DNA of 34,944 nucleotides from a virus (Duplodnaviria; Caudoviricetes): positions 1 to 34,944 of IMG/VR virus record IMGVR_UViG_3300031576_001289; one strand, written 5' to 3'. Below, piece by piece: positions 33,112-34,944 of the stretch; position 1 is the first letter of the stretch, and every line of letters begins with the position of its first letter. Below the pieces are notes generated by a model that ran no database searches, was not told the DNA's origin, and was given only the letters and a program-made list of their open reading frames with translations. The translations under genes and the position numbers were made by a program.

Positions 33112-33444
33112 CTACGCGGTCTCCTTTTTGAGGTCGGGGATCAGCACCCGGTCGATGCTGCCGTCAGCCCAGTCGGTCGGGGTCCAGAGGTGGTACTCCT
33201 GGCCTGCGTGTTCGAGCGCGGCCCGCCACTCAGCCTGCCGCTCGGTGAGCCTGCCGCGGACGGCTTTGAGTTCGGCGTAGACGGCGCGGTCGCGGACGAG
33301 GACGAGGTCGGGGAAGCCGGCGCCGTCGGCTTGGACGGGGGTGCGCCAGCCGTGGGCGGTCAGGGCGGGGCGGAAGTGGGCAACTTTCCAACGGAAGACG
33401 CGGGCGAGGTCGATCACGGCCTGCTGTAGCTCGCGTTCGGTCAT
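33112..33444 (-). CDS. VRR-NUC (PD-(D/E)XK) nuclease
   Basis: GFPDLVLVR...AELK...GRLTERQAEW. Confidence 0.9.
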   Translation of the reverse strand: MTERELQQAVIDLARVFRWKVAHFRPALTAHGWRTPVQADGAGFPDLVLVRDRAVYAELKAVRGRLTERQAEWRAALEHAGQEYHLWTPTDWADGSIDRVLIPDLKKETA

Positions 33445-33926
33445 GCGGCGTCCTCCGGCTGCGGCTCGGGGTCCAACTTTCGCCCGCGCTGGGCGTAGTA
33501 CTCACCTGCATCGATCCCCAGCTCGCGCCGCAGACGCACGATCCGATGCGTCCATACGCCGTAGACCCGGGCGATCTCGCTGCTCGGGATCCGCTCAAGG
33601 ATCAGGCCTTTGATCTGCTCGTCGGTCAGACCGGATGTTGTGGCGTGTGTCTTCGTGTGCTCGGACGCCGTAAGAATCTCGAGGTTCCCGGGGCGGTTGT
33701 CCCACTTGAGGCCGTTCTTGTGGTGGACATGCTCATCGCCTCGTATGGGCCTGCCAACGAGTCTCTCTGCGACGATCCGGTGCTCGCGGTCCCCTCCTCT
33801 CCAGATGTAGCCGTTCGCTGCGCGGCGGCGCGCGTGACCGTGTGCGTGCATGCAGGGTCGGCAGCGCGTGGCCCGCGCCGCCTTCAATGATCCGCAGTCG
33901 GGACAGGGTGTGAGTGGGCTAGGCAT
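33441..33926 (-). CDS. HNH endonuclease
   Basis: EHRIVAE...HVHHKNGLKWDNRPGNL. Confidence 0.9.
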   Translation of the reverse strand: MPSPLTPCPDCGSLKAARATRCRPCMHAHGHARRRAANGYIWRGGDREHRIVAERLVGRPIRGDEHVHHKNGLKWDNRPGNLEILTASEHTKTHATTSGLTDEQIKGLILERIPSSEIARVYGVWTHRIVRLRRELGIDAGEYYAQRGRKLDPEPQPEDAA

Positions 33927-34119
33927 TGGTCTCCGCTGGCGGCTTTGGCTCTGGATCGCAGAGACAAATTCCGCACACGTAGGAGCCCGGCTGGAGGAAC
34001 CGGCGGGGGATCTCGTACACGTCGACGGCGGCGCCGCAGCAGGTGCAGGTGAGGGTGCGGGCTCGGCCTGCGGTGGCGGGCAGGTCGGGGATCGCGAACA
34101 GGCTGCCGGGGCAGCTCAT
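33919..34119 (-). CDS. Small Zn-finger protein
   Basis: CTCC...CGIC. Confidence 0.6.
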   Translation of the reverse strand: MSCPGSLFAIPDLPATAGRARTLTCTCCGAAVDVYEIPRRFLQPGSYVCGICLCDPEPKPPAETNA

Positions 34120-34463
34120 CAGTAGTTCTCCGGCAGGTCGCCCTGCGCGCCGCGGTCTGCTAGCGGAGGCTGTGCTAGCAGTTGGCCGGCGAGCGCCCAG
34201 CCTTCGCGGGATCGTCGGACGAGCCCCTTCCGTGCGAGCGCCTGGGCTGCGTGGAGGCCGTCCTCACCGCAGTAGCCGCAGCGTGTGTCGGCGTCATGCC
34301 CGTAGCCGCCCTCGATGCGGCGGCGCCAGTGCAGGAACGCGCCCAGCACGTCGGACGCGGCGGGCTGATGCTGGCTGATGAACTCGAGCGCGGCCTGCTG
34401 CCGGATTGTCAGGCGCACGCCTGCGGGGTGTTCGGAGCCGCCCAGGTCAAGCTGCTGACTCAC
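34119..34463 (-). CDS. Winged-helix-like protein
   Basis: GTGA-coupled start; LTIRQQAALEFI...CGYC...ALARKGLVRR. Confidence 0.7.
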   Translation of the reverse strand: MSQQLDLGGSEHPAGVRLTIRQQAALEFISQHQPAASDVLGAFLHWRRRIEGGYGHDADTRCGYCGEDGLHAAQALARKGLVRRSREGWALAGQLLAQPPLADRGAQGDLPENY

Positions 34464-34711
34464 GCGGCAGCCCTCCCGCGTCGGCGGCTGTGGTGTCTGG
34501 CGTGGCAGGAGCGGCAGCCTGCGGTTTCGTTTTCGTACTGGCAGCCGCAGCCGCGGCAGACGTTTTGGCGCGGGCTGGCGTCTTTGAGCGTGCGGTCCTC
34601 GACGCCGTGGACGCAGCGGCAGCAGGCGGCGCTGCAGAACTCGTCGCCGGCGAGCCGCGCGCTCGGCGGGACGGGCGTGGAGCAGCCGCGGCGGGCGCAG
34701 ACGACGCTCAC
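34460..34711 (-). CDS. Cys-rich Zn-finger protein
   Basis: CARRGC, FCSAAC, CRGC, CRSC. Confidence 0.7.
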   Translation of the reverse strand: MSVVCARRGCSTPVPPSARLAGDEFCSAACCRCVHGVEDRTLKDASPRQNVCRGCGCQYENETAGCRSCHARHHSRRRGRAAA

Positions 34712-34944
34712 GGCTGCGCCTCGTCGGCTTCGACCTCGACCGCGTACCAGCCCACCCTCGGCCCGTACGCTCGCTCGAGCCCTGTGATGTGCGCGGGCCT
34801 GGGGAGGCGTTCGCCGCGCTCCAACTGTGAGAGGGTGCCGCGGTGGATGTAGGCCCGGTCGGCGAGCTCGGCGATGGTGGCGTCGCCGCGCAGCTCGCGC
34901 AGCCGGCAGACGACACGGAGGTTGATCGTCGGCCCGCGCCTCAC
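34708..34944 (-). CDS. XRE HTH protein (start at window edge)
   Basis: LRELRGDATIAELADRAYIHRGTLSQLERGERLP. Confidence 0.8.
   Translation of the reverse strand: MRRGPTINLRVVCRLRELRGDATIAELADRAYIHRGTLSQLERGERLPRPAHITGLERAYGPRVGWYAVEVEADEAQP

Larger units (their letters stand above)
1..34944. mobile_element. Temperate tailed phage (siphovirus-like, Mu-type head module); both ends run off the window
   Basis: Contiguous terminase, portal, capsid, tail, lysis and cI/cro modules; no host housekeeping genes. Confidence 0.97.

Overview
The whole window is a high-GC temperate tailed-phage genome segment, probably from an Actinomycetota host (inferred from GC content, leaderless genes and an r1t-like holin/CHAP lysis cassette). 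Almost all genes are on the minus strand. Read right to left, the order is: early/replication genes (XRE, Zn fingers, HNH, VRR-NUC, initiator with iterons), TerS-like gene, a sigma-factor module, TerL, portal, fibre-like genes, MuF-ADP-ribosyltransferase, neck genes, an inverted HNH, an initiator tRNA, protease/scaffold, decoration protein, major capsid, adaptor, tail tube, frameshifted tail chaperone, tape measure, receptor/depolymerase genes, hub and lysis cassette. These are followed by a plus-strand lysogeny operon (repressor, lipoprotein, MuF-like mini-protein), a divergent cro and further early genes. No integrase is visible. Three things stand out. (1) A candidate phage late-transcription system: a sigma70-like factor split into region 2 and region 4 in two overlapping reading frames (30589-31333), plus 11 copies of a 13-bp motif (CCGATAGTAGGCC) placed directly before late start codons, a tRNA and a nested scaffold start. 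(2) A MuF-ART toxin with an unannotated 31-aa overlapping downstream peptide, and a stand-alone paralogue of its MuF Zn domain in the lysogeny operon. (3) A circularly permuted tRNA-Cys-like element. All family assignments come from motif recognition by eye; no database searches were run.
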